Shown here piece by piece: positions 52,577 through 64,000 of a DNA stretch of 64,000 nucleotides (position 1 is the stretch's first letter; each line of letters begins with the position of its first letter). The position numbers were made by a program, and so were the translations under genes. This DNA comes from the human T2T-CHM13v2.0 reference genome, Homo sapiens, in assembly GCF_009914755.1 (NCBI RefSeq), contig NC_060926.1. One strand, written 5' to 3'. The notes beneath the pieces are model-generated. The model searched no databases. It was not told the DNA's origin and worked only from the letters and a program-made list of their open reading frames with translations.

Positions 52577-53334
52577 GTAAGTAACAGTTGTAAATTATAA
52601 CCAGAATTTGGTGTTTTATGCACACTGAGTTTTCAACTTCTTTTCTTGATTTTAGGTTTAATTTTCATGAAACCTGGTATGAAATCTCAAAATGGGTCAT
52701 GATTTGTCAGCTTCTCTGAATGAAGGGACTCCACTTGGAGTTAAAGCTTCCCTTGACTTTTGTTTCTTGTCCATTTTACTGTTGTGTTGGTTTGGGACCA
52801 CTGGGATCTTCAAAAGTTATTCTCTTGGAAAGAGTAATATATTTTACTACCTGGTCTTTCTGTAAGTTACAAAGTGACCCAGACTTGTGATATTCAATCA
52901 TCTTACGCTGACATCTTATTTTAGAGCACCGGGGTTATAATGCTGTATGCTGTTTTGCACAGTGAGGTTTTACATGTCCTATCCTGTGATAGGTCCCTTC
53001 AAGCAAGTTCTCCATAACTGCTTTGAAAATTCAGACACTTTTCAATAAAAAAGATATTTATGATAGTATTATTAAAGAAAAAATATCATAAACATTATTG
53101 ATATAATTATGTAATAATAGAAGGTGTAGGTTGTAATATTAGAATGTAATAATGTAATACTAGAAGGTGTAGATTGATATCTGAATGTCCATTGTTAGAT
53201 ATTTTGAAGGTATGGTAATGAGATTGAAAATACATAGTACATATGTTTTACTAAGTACTTGAGCATGATGTCATATCTGTACCCTTCCTTACACATTAGA
53301 TTTAATCCAGCTTGCATTTTTCTACCCTGTTTAG

Positions 53335-53469
53335 GATATGGATGAAGAAATTGAGGCAGAATACAACATTTTGCAGTTCCTTCCTAATCATCCCAATGTT
53401 GTAAAGTTTTATGGGATGTTTTACAAAGCGGATCACTGTGTAGGGGGACAGCTGTGGCTGGTCCTGGAG
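53335..53469 (+). CDS. MYO3B: MYO3B exon 3 ([45 protein letters not shown])
   Basis: Acceptor ttctaccctgtttAG|GAT and donor GAG|GTAAGA. 135 nt, phase 0/0. Contains the alphaC Glu and HPNVV motif; matches ORF 53338..53541. Confidence 0.96.
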
Positions 53470-53859
53470 GTAAGAGGCTCCCATTGGGTAACCAGTGATT
53501 TGAACAGAGTGCCAGAGGCCAACAGATGCTTTATTACCTAGAGGGTGTTTTAAGGTACACATTTGAGGAGTAGGTCCCTCCTGCATGTCACAGGTACCTC
53601 ACCAGATGTGACATTCTCCTCCACAGTTCTTACAGGTAGGCCTTATGCTAAAAATATTTTTGTTTCTCTGCTTCAGAGGTTTAATAATCTTTTATTCTAG
53701 TACAGGGTGAATATAGGAATATAATTGAAAACATTAATTTTCTTCCCTAACATTTAATTGTAAACATGTTTGAATTGATTGCAACTCATTTTCAAAAATT
53801 GTTAACCCAAGGTTTACTTGGCTTGCCAAGTTTGGATTTGCCCACTCATGTTCATTAGT

Positions 53860-54265
53860 CCTCATTTTAGATTGGGTTTCCTGAAAACTGACTCTGAGAA
53901 TTGTGTATGGAAAGTTTGTTGCAGAGTTCTTAGCGGAGGTAGACCTAGAAAAAAGTGAGGAAGGCAGGATCAGGCAAGGGAGACACTGAACAGCAATATG
54001 GTCATAACAGAGACCTAAGCTGGTCCTCTGGGAAATGGAGAGCTGGGCAGTTTTTGGAATGTTGTCCTGAATTGTATCTCCACATCAGCCAATCATTGCC
54101 TGCATGCCATCCCTGCGAAGGAGCGTGACTTTGGGGGAGTCAGTTCTCTGAAGTGGAAGCCAACTTGGGTGAGGGGTGCAGCTGAGGGCTGGGAGCTGTT
54201 CCTGTTTCTAGCAGCATCCACTGTGAAGAGGGAATCTGAAGGGAACAACACTGTATCCACTATAG
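53860..54265 (-). mobile_element. LTR16-like ERVL LTR relic
   Basis: ttagattgggtttcctgaaaactgactctgaga...gtgactttgggggagtcagttctctg. Confidence 0.55.
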
Positions 54266-55599
54266 TCCTGCATTTTTTTCTCCAACAATCCTTCCATACA
54301 CAATTCTCAGAGTCAGTTTTCAGTTATTAATGGGAATGAATGTGTGCATCTGGGTGCAAAAGAGTCAATTCCGAACAAATACGATTCCCTATGAGGCTAA
54401 AATGACAAGGAAAATAATGACAGTATGTGAATTAATATATTAGGACAGGTCTATCGCCACATTCTCACTAGGCCTACACTGTTTTATTCTGGGCTCTGAC
54501 CTTCTGAACCAGCTCATGTCTCCATGTCTGAGGTCACGTAGGTGACCCAGCACAGTGTGGACACAAGTGGAAGCCTTAAGAGAGAAGCACCAGGGGAGAA
54601 ACCAGCCCTCACTTCACTGTCTGGTACCTCTTGTCCACATGTTTCTGGCTCTGGGAGGGCCTGAGCCTGGGACAATAAGTACTGGCTGCCATGGCAACCA
54701 TGTTTGGGGAATTCATTTGTTATATTCAAATGGGATAATCTGCAGGGAAACTGGTTTGAATTTATTTCTGTCACATCAGTTGCCTTCCTCAGAATATATA
54801 AGATGTAAGGGATTTTGGTTTTCTAATTATCTTTGTTCCTTTAGTTGACTGGTTAAGTCATATAACACACTTCTTTGGGGTTTTATTAACTCCCCCACCC
54901 CCACCCCAAGAATATTAGGATTTTATCTTGCCAATGAAGCTGTTTAACAATGCTATTTGGAAATGATAAAGTACTGTTCCTGGGGTCTCTGATTATATTT
55001 GTCTTCAGCTCTGTAAGATCTCTGTGTTTTAAACCTCGTTGTAACTTAGTAATGGAAGTACAGTGACCAAGAAACCTCAGTTTCTGCTTATTTTTAACTC
55101 CTGACTAAAAAAGGCTCATATCAGACATAGAGAACTGAAACTTTCAGGAATTTTCGAGGGCCTAAAAAGGAGCCTTCCCTCCATGCAACCAGGCAGGCAG
55201 GTGGGCTGCTCATACCTGAGGCCACCTGGTGAATGAACATCCTTCCTGATGAGGAGTGACCCTCAGACATGGCAACTCAGGTATGGCCAAAGCAGCCAGG
55301 AAGTAGCACATGGACTTGAAAGATGAGAAAGAGCCCAGAACTATGAGCTGAGCCTTGCGCAGGTGCTCCCTTGCCACCTGTTTCTAGCTTTTTCAGGGTG
55401 ACCACAGTAATGAAGCTGCCCTGAGACACTGAATTATTCATACCTCTGCAATACAATATGCTGTCATTTATGACTTTTGCTGGTTGTTTTGGTCCATGCC
55501 AAAGTGGGTGATATGAGATACTGGGTGTCCTCAGTCTTTTCTGTCCCAGGATGGGCAGTCTAAACCAGGCTGCTAGATGGTCATGTGCATTCAGTGCCT

Positions 55600-55795
55600 C
55601 CAATAGTCTTAGGGAAACACAGGAATTCCTAGACTCCTAATACTGGCAGAAGCCTCTCTCTTCAGTCCCCTAGCCTTCAGATGAGGGACAGAGGCCCACA
55701 GAAGTGAGTAACATGCCTATGGTCACATAATTGGTTGTATGGCAGAACTGGAAGGAAAAGCATATTTCAGCACATTTTCTTTCACCATGTGCAGC
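55600..55795 (-). mobile_element. MIR SINE
   Basis: cagatgagggacagaggcccacagaagtgagtaacatgcctatggtcaca. Confidence 0.65.
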
Positions 55796-58719
55796 TGCTC
55801 CTCTGATGTTATCCATTGGGTCATGGAAACACAGATGTGAAGTCTCTCACTGGGATCGTAGCACTTCCTGACCACACACACAGAGCTGGATGACAATGAT
55901 GGTCCACATAGTACCCTATTTTGTTCTCTCTGCAGCTTTTTAAGGCATGCTTTAGGGGACTCACACAAAAAAATTATCTGTTTAATACTGTTCTCCTCAT
56001 CTTGCATATTAAGAATAAATTTATGTTGCCTTTGCTCTTTATTTGCCTGACTGATGAAAGGACGAGTGAGAAGCTATTCCACAGAGCAATTCTAGAGGAT
56101 AGAAAAATGTTATTAATAATCCCCTTAAATCACGACAACTCTGAAAACAAAGCAAATAAAAATGTCATTTTCTGAAATTCATTACTAATTGTTAGTAGAA
56201 AGCAAACAAAAGCTCTCTTTCATGATACACACCTACTATATTGGAAAGATATGGAGAGAAAATACACACACATAATAGTGTTTTGGAAAATCTGTGAATG
56301 CATTTTAAGTGAATATTAAATTTTTAAAAATCTATAAGTCCGCCTTTCACCTAGATGATATACATATTAATAAATTAGACCTTTAAGAAAAACATGATGC
56401 TCAGAAAAAATACCTAACATGTGGTAGCTAAGGCATGAACTATATTTTCTTTTTCCTTTTAGTGTAAAATCTTTGGCAGGTAGAAACTTAATTTCTGCAT
56501 GAATCAAGTGTTCTACTTAAAAGAAATGGTTTGGAGTACTGGTAAATGAGGCTGGAAAGTAAAACAAACAACTTTGTCCTTTAAACCATGTATGAGAATT
56601 AGTTTTACATCTTTTTTTTCCCTTCAGAGATCTCGGTATAAGTTCAGTATCTAATATGTAGAGCCAAAGCAAAAGGGGGCGGCGGGGGGGGGAGGGAGGG
56701 AGGGAGAAAGAGAGACAGCAGACAGAGAGACCGACAGACCGATGGACCTTTGTCCAGATTTTGCTTTTATCCAAGGCCCTAGAAAGTATAATCTAGACCT
56801 GAATATCACTGGAAGTGTTACACATCAAACCATTTTGTTGATACTGTGGCATGAATTAAGTTTATCAGGTTAACAAATCAGGGTCTTAGTCATACTCTGA
56901 CGGACTCAAATGTGGGACTGGTGGATTTTGATTGACCAGAAGTGGTTAGAAAGTACTGCAGCATTGAACACTGACTCAGTGGGTTCTAGAGTGAGAGACA
57001 CTGGAATGCTGGGAGCCTGGATGAAGGCACAGAAAACTTGAGACTGGAGAAGGGAAGAACTTTGAAATGGAACAGCATTACATCCCACAAACATATACTA
57101 TATGTGTTCAACAAAAGAGAGAGAGTTAAGAGGCTGAGGACTGGGAGTGATTCTTCCCACTCTTGGCTCTATTCAATAAGGATGTGCCCCAGGAAGAGAA
57201 TGAGATGGGAGGTCACTCTCAGGGCCCACTTCCCTCTCATTGTATGAGCATCTCTCCACTCTGATAGAAACTCTAGGGTTTCAAGTGACATAGTTTTCAC
57301 TGGTCTTGTGGCAAGCCAGTGACTTTTGCTGGCTTTCATTAAAATAAACATGATTCGTCCAACACCAGAGGAAAAAATGTGCTGTTCTGGAATTACTGAG
57401 AGGTGGACAGTGTCCAACATGATACTTCCTAAGGGATTTTCTGAAGTAATTTTGACTATCTTTGACTTTTCCTTTATGTTATCTGTAGAACCCAACACCC
57501 TTAAAAGACAAAGTCTACTGAACAAAGGGGCACCAAAAAGAAATTCCTCTTAATTCTGCAAACTGACTATGTCAAAGCAGCAAGCTAGTATAGAAGCTAC
57601 TTGAACGTTGGAGCCTAGGTCTGGTGATTGTGTTGCATGGGCCATTCTTTAATAATGTGGAAGAAAGTTGATGGCTTATTGAGCAAGGAACATTTTATTG
57701 CTTGAAATGATGACTGTCTTAGCAAATGCACATACTGTGATTGAATCAATATTCAATGACGTTTTGGAAAATAGATGTGGAATGTAAATGATTTTTCTAT
57801 TTTTCTTGGTTTGGAGCAAAATGCTCATTAAATTCTAGATGCATTCAGCTACCACATTTCCTGAATGCTGAGGGCGTAGGGAGGAACTGCAGGAATGAAA
57901 ACACACTTCTGTATTTGAATCTGGTGGCTGGCAGAGTGGGCGGGAATAAAGGGCTGATATGTCAACCCTCAGGGCTGGGGTGGGAGGCTTGGTTGCCTTC
58001 TTACAATTCTAAAGGGATTATTTTACTTGGTGCATTTAAATATAATTCTTTGTTATGCTTTTAAAATGTTCAACCCATTTCACTGAACATTTATTCTGAT
58101 TAGACAATTGTCAGTGTACACCTGATTTCTTTTTTTTATATCCAAGTGCCCAGTCTTTTTTCTATAACCCATAGGCTGCCCTTGAAAACCTTGCTGGTGG
58201 GCTTATCAACTTCACAGGACAGCTTCCTTTAAAAGTGTCCTGAGCAGTTTAATTATATGTTTCTGTGAGTTCTGGGAAGTCAGACAGCTCTTATACTCTG
58301 ACATTTAGTGAACAAAAAGCACTGGCTGGGTAAGATTCCTTTGTTGTTTTTAAATCCATAGCTGAGTTTTGATCCTGCTGACAAATAGCTACTCTTAATC
58401 CCTTCATAAGTTCTAGAGTTACAAATAAAGTTTATAAGTTGGCTACCTATATAAAATATTGCTGAAGAGGCCTTTGTTGCAAAAATGGCCACACTTAAAG
58501 TAGGGCAGGGAGAGAGACCAAAATGAGGTGTCAGGGGAAAATTCCAGGGTTGCATTTTCTGGGATCATCACCCAGCATTTAATTTAAAATTTCTCTCAGT
58601 AGAATTTTAATAGCATGCTTGCAATGCAAGAAAGCCTGTGCCTCCCTGAGATGTGAGCCAGGGTGGGGAGTGGTCCTGATGAAGGTTCTGTTGTGCTTTG
58701 CATCCCTATTACTGCCTTT

Positions 58720-59640
58720 CCTTTAGAGGAGCAAAGACTATTGATATTTTCCTAATTCTCACAGTTTCCCTAGACTCTGTCTCTTCTTCACCTTTCACAT
58801 GTGGCTGGTCAGAAATTCCTGTCATTTCTATCTCAAAAAAAGTCTCCCAAATCTCTCCCTCCCTTTTATCCTCATGACTTCTTGACCCTGCCTCTCTTGA
58901 TTACGTCAATATCTTCCAATGGATACTCCAGCTCCTAGTGTTGTCTTCTGTCCATCCTCCATCTGCTGACCAAATCATTTTTCTAGAATGCCAGTCTGAA
59001 CATTGAGACCTCCTGCCTAAAATCTGTTAATAGTTTCCCTTTTTTATCTAGTGATATATCATGGTATTATAATATACATAGAATATTATATGGGTAGTAT
59101 ACAGGTATATATTATATGCGTAGTATATGGATATATATTATATGGGTAGTATACATAGTATATTATAATAAAGCCCATACTCCTTAGCAGGGCATACCTG
59201 TCATTCCCTGTCATTGGCCTTCCTCCTCCATCTCCCTGCCCCAGGATTCTGGCATCCTTTGTCCCAACAGTAGTAGAGTATTTAGAACTCATCACACACA
59301 TGTACCCTCACATGCACATTCCCCCTCATTCTTTCATGCCCCCTACATTTGCACAAGATGTCCCCATGTTCCTTTTCACAGAATCTTCTTTCCCTTCATG
59401 TCCACCTGCCCCAAACCCATTTGTCCTTCAAACTCATTGTAAATGTTACATCCTCTGGGAAGTTTTCCTAGACTGTCCCCTCTTTGCCCTCCCTCAGCAG
59501 AGTTCACCCTTCCTTCTTTGGTGCCACCACACTTCCTTAGGCACAGCTCTGCTTCCACATTCCACACTATAATTACTCGTATGTCCATTACTGGGCAGTG
59601 ACCTCTTTGAGGCTAGAGATTGTGTCATATTCATGATTGA
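58720..59640 (+). mobile_element. L2 fragments
   Basis: Pyrimidine-rich L2-like text: ttacatcctctgggaagttttccta...ctctttgaggctagagattgtgtc. Confidence 0.6.
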
Positions 59641-60434
59641 GTAATAGGTAATAAACCAGACAGTCATAAACTATTGATAACAAAGAGGTGCCTTTCTTCT
59701 CAATAACTGAACTAAACTGGGTTCTTGAGCCCCCAGCCTGACTAAAGGAGGCAACTGATTCTAACCCATTTTGTTAAACTTAAGTCCAGTTGAGTGACTT
59801 TGTGGAGTGGCATATTCCAGTATTTATATCCAATTTTCACTGTCCAGTTCAAGGCTTAGTCATTTGGGTACGTACTCAGTTTTTTAGGGCCTCTTCTCTC
59901 CCTCTTCCCTCTCCCTTTTCCCTGGGTGGCATCTGGATCTGGGTACAAGTAGATGCTTACATAATGCCATGGTAGTGAGGGCAGAGGCTTCGGAACTGTA
60001 TTGTAACCACAAAGTCCTTGTGATAATAAAACTGTATTTTCTCCCTTTGGTATCTTTGATGTTCCTGGTCTCTGACACTCCCTCCTATCATGAGGTCCTC
60101 ATGTCCTTTGTCCTTATTTAAACTCTAACCTTATCCCTGTCCCCAAATAGAGCATGAAGTTCTGAGTGTCTTACAAGTTGTGAGCAGATTGTAGAAAACT
60201 GTTATTGTAATCTCAAGCATGGTCTACCTCACCATGCCATACTTTCATTTCACTTGACACAGACACCCCTTGTTATCAAGAGGTCTCCTCTTAGATTTCC
60301 AAATGGGAAGAGGATCATAAGAAACTGAAATTTCTATTATCATTACCCGCTTACACAGACACCCCCCTCCCAGAGGGAGCATCCTCATTCTAATCTTGTC
60401 CTCTTAATCTCCCCTAACTCCAGTTAGGGGAAAA

Positions 60435-63400
60435 CAGTCAGATCTCCCTCAGAGGCCTATCTAAGGGTTGCTGGCCAAAGGGGCCATCATCCGAGGCTCC
60501 AGTTGCATGACCATTTGGAGTTTGATGTCATGAAGGTGAGAAAGAGACAAACTGGGTTATTAGAAAACATGTATTAAAACAAAATGGGGGCAGGGGGTGG
60601 GGATAGCTCAAAAGTCTTGAGGCCTTTTATGTTTGCACAGGAAGAGGGAGGCCAAAAGCCCAACTGGTAAAAAACTTTTACCTTTCTGCCATCGTGTCAG
60701 GCTTTTGGGTTCCCTTCCCCTGAGCGCAATCCTAAGCCAACCAGTCTAAGGTTTGGGAAATTAACTGTTCCTAGTTTGGAGGATGCATCTGAGGGGAGTG
60801 TCCCATAGTACAGAGAGACAATTACCTATCAGTGAAGAGAGGAAGAGAAAGAAAAAAAAAAAGGCTTTTTTTTTTCTCAAAGGATTAGTCTAAAGTGCAT
60901 CCCAGGGGTTCAGGATGCACTCAAAAGGGGTACAGACTGAAGATGAATGGCTACTCATCTAGAAAGAGGAGAGCAAGGCATCCCTGGTTCCCTTCTCTTC
61001 CTAGCAAATACCTGGGGTACATGAGGGAGAGAAAGTGAGTCATTCCTCTTTCTTTTCCTCCATCCTTGTATCCCCAAGTTCCAGTGACTGTGACAGGGTA
61101 CTGCCCATGGAGTCAAAGCGGCTTTCACCCTTGTTAAAAGGGAGTCTGGGGGTGGGAGTATCCACTCTTACCCACGTATGCCCTATCTCCTCTGCTGTCA
61201 GTAGCCTTTGAATTCTCTAGACCTCATTTATGCCACAGGTAGTATCATGACCTTTATCCATGAAATGGGAAGCCTGGCTTAACTGGCAGGAAACCAGTCA
61301 TGCTCACCTGTGCTATGCCTTTTAACTTCCATTATCATCTACCTCTGGATCCCTCAAATCCAGTTTTCTTTCCTAGGGCTTTGACCTGAAGCTTGGAATT
61401 GAGTTTGGGACAAAAATGTGCCTCGGAGAAGGGGTGTTGCATGGACTCCTTATCATAAGCCAAATGCTAAGGTGAAGCTGTGGAATTGAGTCCTCCTCCA
61501 ACAAGGGAGAGAAAAGGATGTCTTGTGACATGCCCAGATAACTGGTGGCTATAGTTATGCTTGCTAAGATGTAGGTGCATGGGGCTTGGCTTTGGTTAGC
61601 TCCCTTGGTCTTACTTTCCCCAGAAGAAAACTCTGGGTGATGGGCACCCTATTTATATCCTATTTATTCCCATCACCTGGCAGTATTTGCAGGATAATTG
61701 CTCAGAACTAGAATTTTGATCCAGGTTTTTACATCACCTATCCCTTTTATTCTTTCTAAGCTGCAGCTGGAGATTCCTGGTTGGTTCACAGGAACAAGCA
61801 GGGTTAGTCTAAAGGGTAGGCAAAAACTTAAAAACAACTAATGAGTCTAGAATTTAATGACAAATGTATGGTAAGTTTTAAAACATAATTTCTCTATCTC
61901 CAGTCCCTCATTTTTTTGTTAAAAAAAAATCAGGACTGAGTTGCTGGCAAAATAGACTTTAGTCTTACACTTGACCTGATTATTTGCATAAAGTGCAGCA
62001 AGAATAATTGTTTCTACATAGGCCTTTTAGATTGGCTTTGATGGAACTCTGTTCCTCAAGGAATTTCGGATAAGACCTTTTAAAGCTGAGCACAGCCATG
62101 GGTTTGTATCCTCAAATACCTGTGAGTTGGGTGATCCTCTCCTTTTAAGGTCCCAAGATAAACTTAGAGCTCCTGGTCCTGTCATAAAGTAACATTTTTT
62201 ACTTACTACAGGTCAGGAACCCTATACAGGTACTGCGTAGATAAGGCCAGTTTTCCCAAGGGGCTTTTAGCAGCTCTGCAAGTCGAGCTTGACTCCTTAA
62301 AGGGAAGCATACCCTTCCAGTCAAAGCCTTGGTAAAACAGTTTCTCCAATTGCATCATACTGCAAAAGAAAATGGATTCTTATGGCACTGATGCAAACAA
62401 CTACATTGCTGTAAGTTAAGAATACTCACAACTAGTTTCCAAATTCTGGGGAAGCCAGGCAGAGAGGGACATATATGCTCCAAATTTTGTTCACAGGAGT
62501 ATACCTTAATCATTAAAGGCCATAAATAGTTCAAAATAAGTTTCCTTGACTCTGAAAAACAAAACAAGGGTCAGCAATATTCCAAGCAAAAGTCAAAAAG
62601 ATAGCTTCAGTTTTCTATGAGTTCGGTCCATTTAGTTAACTCTTGTTTGATATTCATGAACATTTCAGCTCTTTATGAGTCCTGTACATTTTTCCTTTTT
62701 TCCAATGTCACAATCTCCAAAGTTATCAGAAACCTGTATTTGAGAGCACCTGTCAGAGTCCTGTGGCACCTGTCAGAGTCTGGTTTATTATAAACTATCT
62801 TTTGAAAAGGACCAAAACAAGACAACAATTGTTGGGAATAAAAAAATTGCCCAGGGTATTTACAGTTAGAAACACAATTGACAAAGAAGTTTGGTTATCT
62901 CTCTTCTTCTCAAAGAAGTTTGGTTTACAATAACATAACAACCTTAATTATGATGATAGCATATACATTAGACATTAGAATTTTAAAAATCCCATACAAT
63001 TTTGGAACACATATTAATATTATTCATCAAAATATAACCTAAATAATATTGAACACCATTTTGGCAATTCCATGTAACTAAACATGTCAAATGATCCCTT
63101 TTACCTCTCTTTTGGATACTCCAGGGCCCTCTGTAGCATCCAAAAGCTAGGTGTCAGGAAAGGCAATTTTGAAACTGAAGTTTGATTTTGGGAAGCCTAT
63201 TAAATATGTTAGTGGTTTAAAACACTGAAATAGAATTCCAGATTACCAAAAGTTATTTATTTTGCCAAACAATGACTCAGAAATTTAAAAAAGCAAAAAC
63301 CTTTTATAACCCTTTACAAATTTTGCTAAAGAGCAGATTAGTGCCTTAAGAGTACCTTGTTGTGCTTTTATTTCAATGCTCAATTTACAAAAAAACTATA

Positions 63401-64000
63401 TAATACCCTTTTGAATTTAGTCAATCTGTTCACACACTGAATTTTTGCAATATTAATTTTTACAGTCCTTCCATCATTTGTTTAAACTGTCAGCTTTATT
63501 TTATCTAATTCAAAACAGTCCTTTAAACCTAGGCAAGAATTTACATTTCCATGCCTTCTTGTAATCTTTTACTAAAAACACATCTTACTGTTCCTACATA
63601 CCTTGCGTGTAAATCTATTTCCAGTAGTTTCAATTACATGTTATAATGGTAACCCCTAGCAATTTTAAGTTTAATGTAAAACCTGGTAAGTTGTTTTAAT
63701 TATGTGCTAGGTTCAGGCAAGGTTTGACTCCTTCCAACATGATTAAGGGTGTGGTTAATTCCATATGTCCCCAGGCCTTACTAATTGTCAAGCTGGCAAG
63801 TTGAAAAGTTCTTAAAAACCAAAAAGGCAGTTTATAACCTTAAAACATTTAGCAAACCTAGTATCTGACCTGCATAATTTAGTTCACCTGTGTATATTTG
63901 ACAACATCTGCATTTTACCAATAATCTTTAAGGCTGTTTTTATTTCTCAAAGATTAAAGTCACATGAACTAAAACGTACCACAGCTTTAATCTTCCCTTT
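60435..64000 (-). mobile_element. ERV1 MER4-group internal sequence (MER52/MER50-int-like), runs off the window
   Basis: Non-coding MER4-group text: ctgattatttgcataaagtgcagcaagaataattg, gtcaaagccttggtaaaa, agcaaacctagtatctgacctgcataatttag. Confidence 0.8.

Noticed and set aside
53470-53541. ORF continuation past exon 3 (VRGSHWVTS...)
   Set aside because: Intronic read-through beyond the GTAAGA donor; kinase similarity stops at LVLE.

Overview
Primate (very likely human) genomic DNA, mostly interspersed repeats. It contains the upstream region and 5' end of MYO3B (myosin IIIB, N-terminal STE20-like kinase domain) on the + strand. Exon 1 ends at 31477 with a split start codon (AT|G), exon 2 is 52393-52576 and exon 3 is 53335-53469; exon 4 lies beyond the window. 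A second candidate first coding exon (33335-33363) splices in frame to exon 2. The most notable observations are four. (1) An SVA carries a ~280-bp 3' transduction bounded by a 9-bp TSD. (2) A uORF has a stop codon that is created only by splicing and overlaps the weak main AUG. (3) A 36-bp minisatellite with dimeric higher-order structure arose from a MaLR LTR end. (4) A TSD-bounded, apparently full-length old L1 is nested in an older L1 in intron 1. Gene identity and repeat-family names come from recognition by eye, not database searches, and old-repeat boundaries are approximate. I found no evidence of a wholly new multi-gene system.
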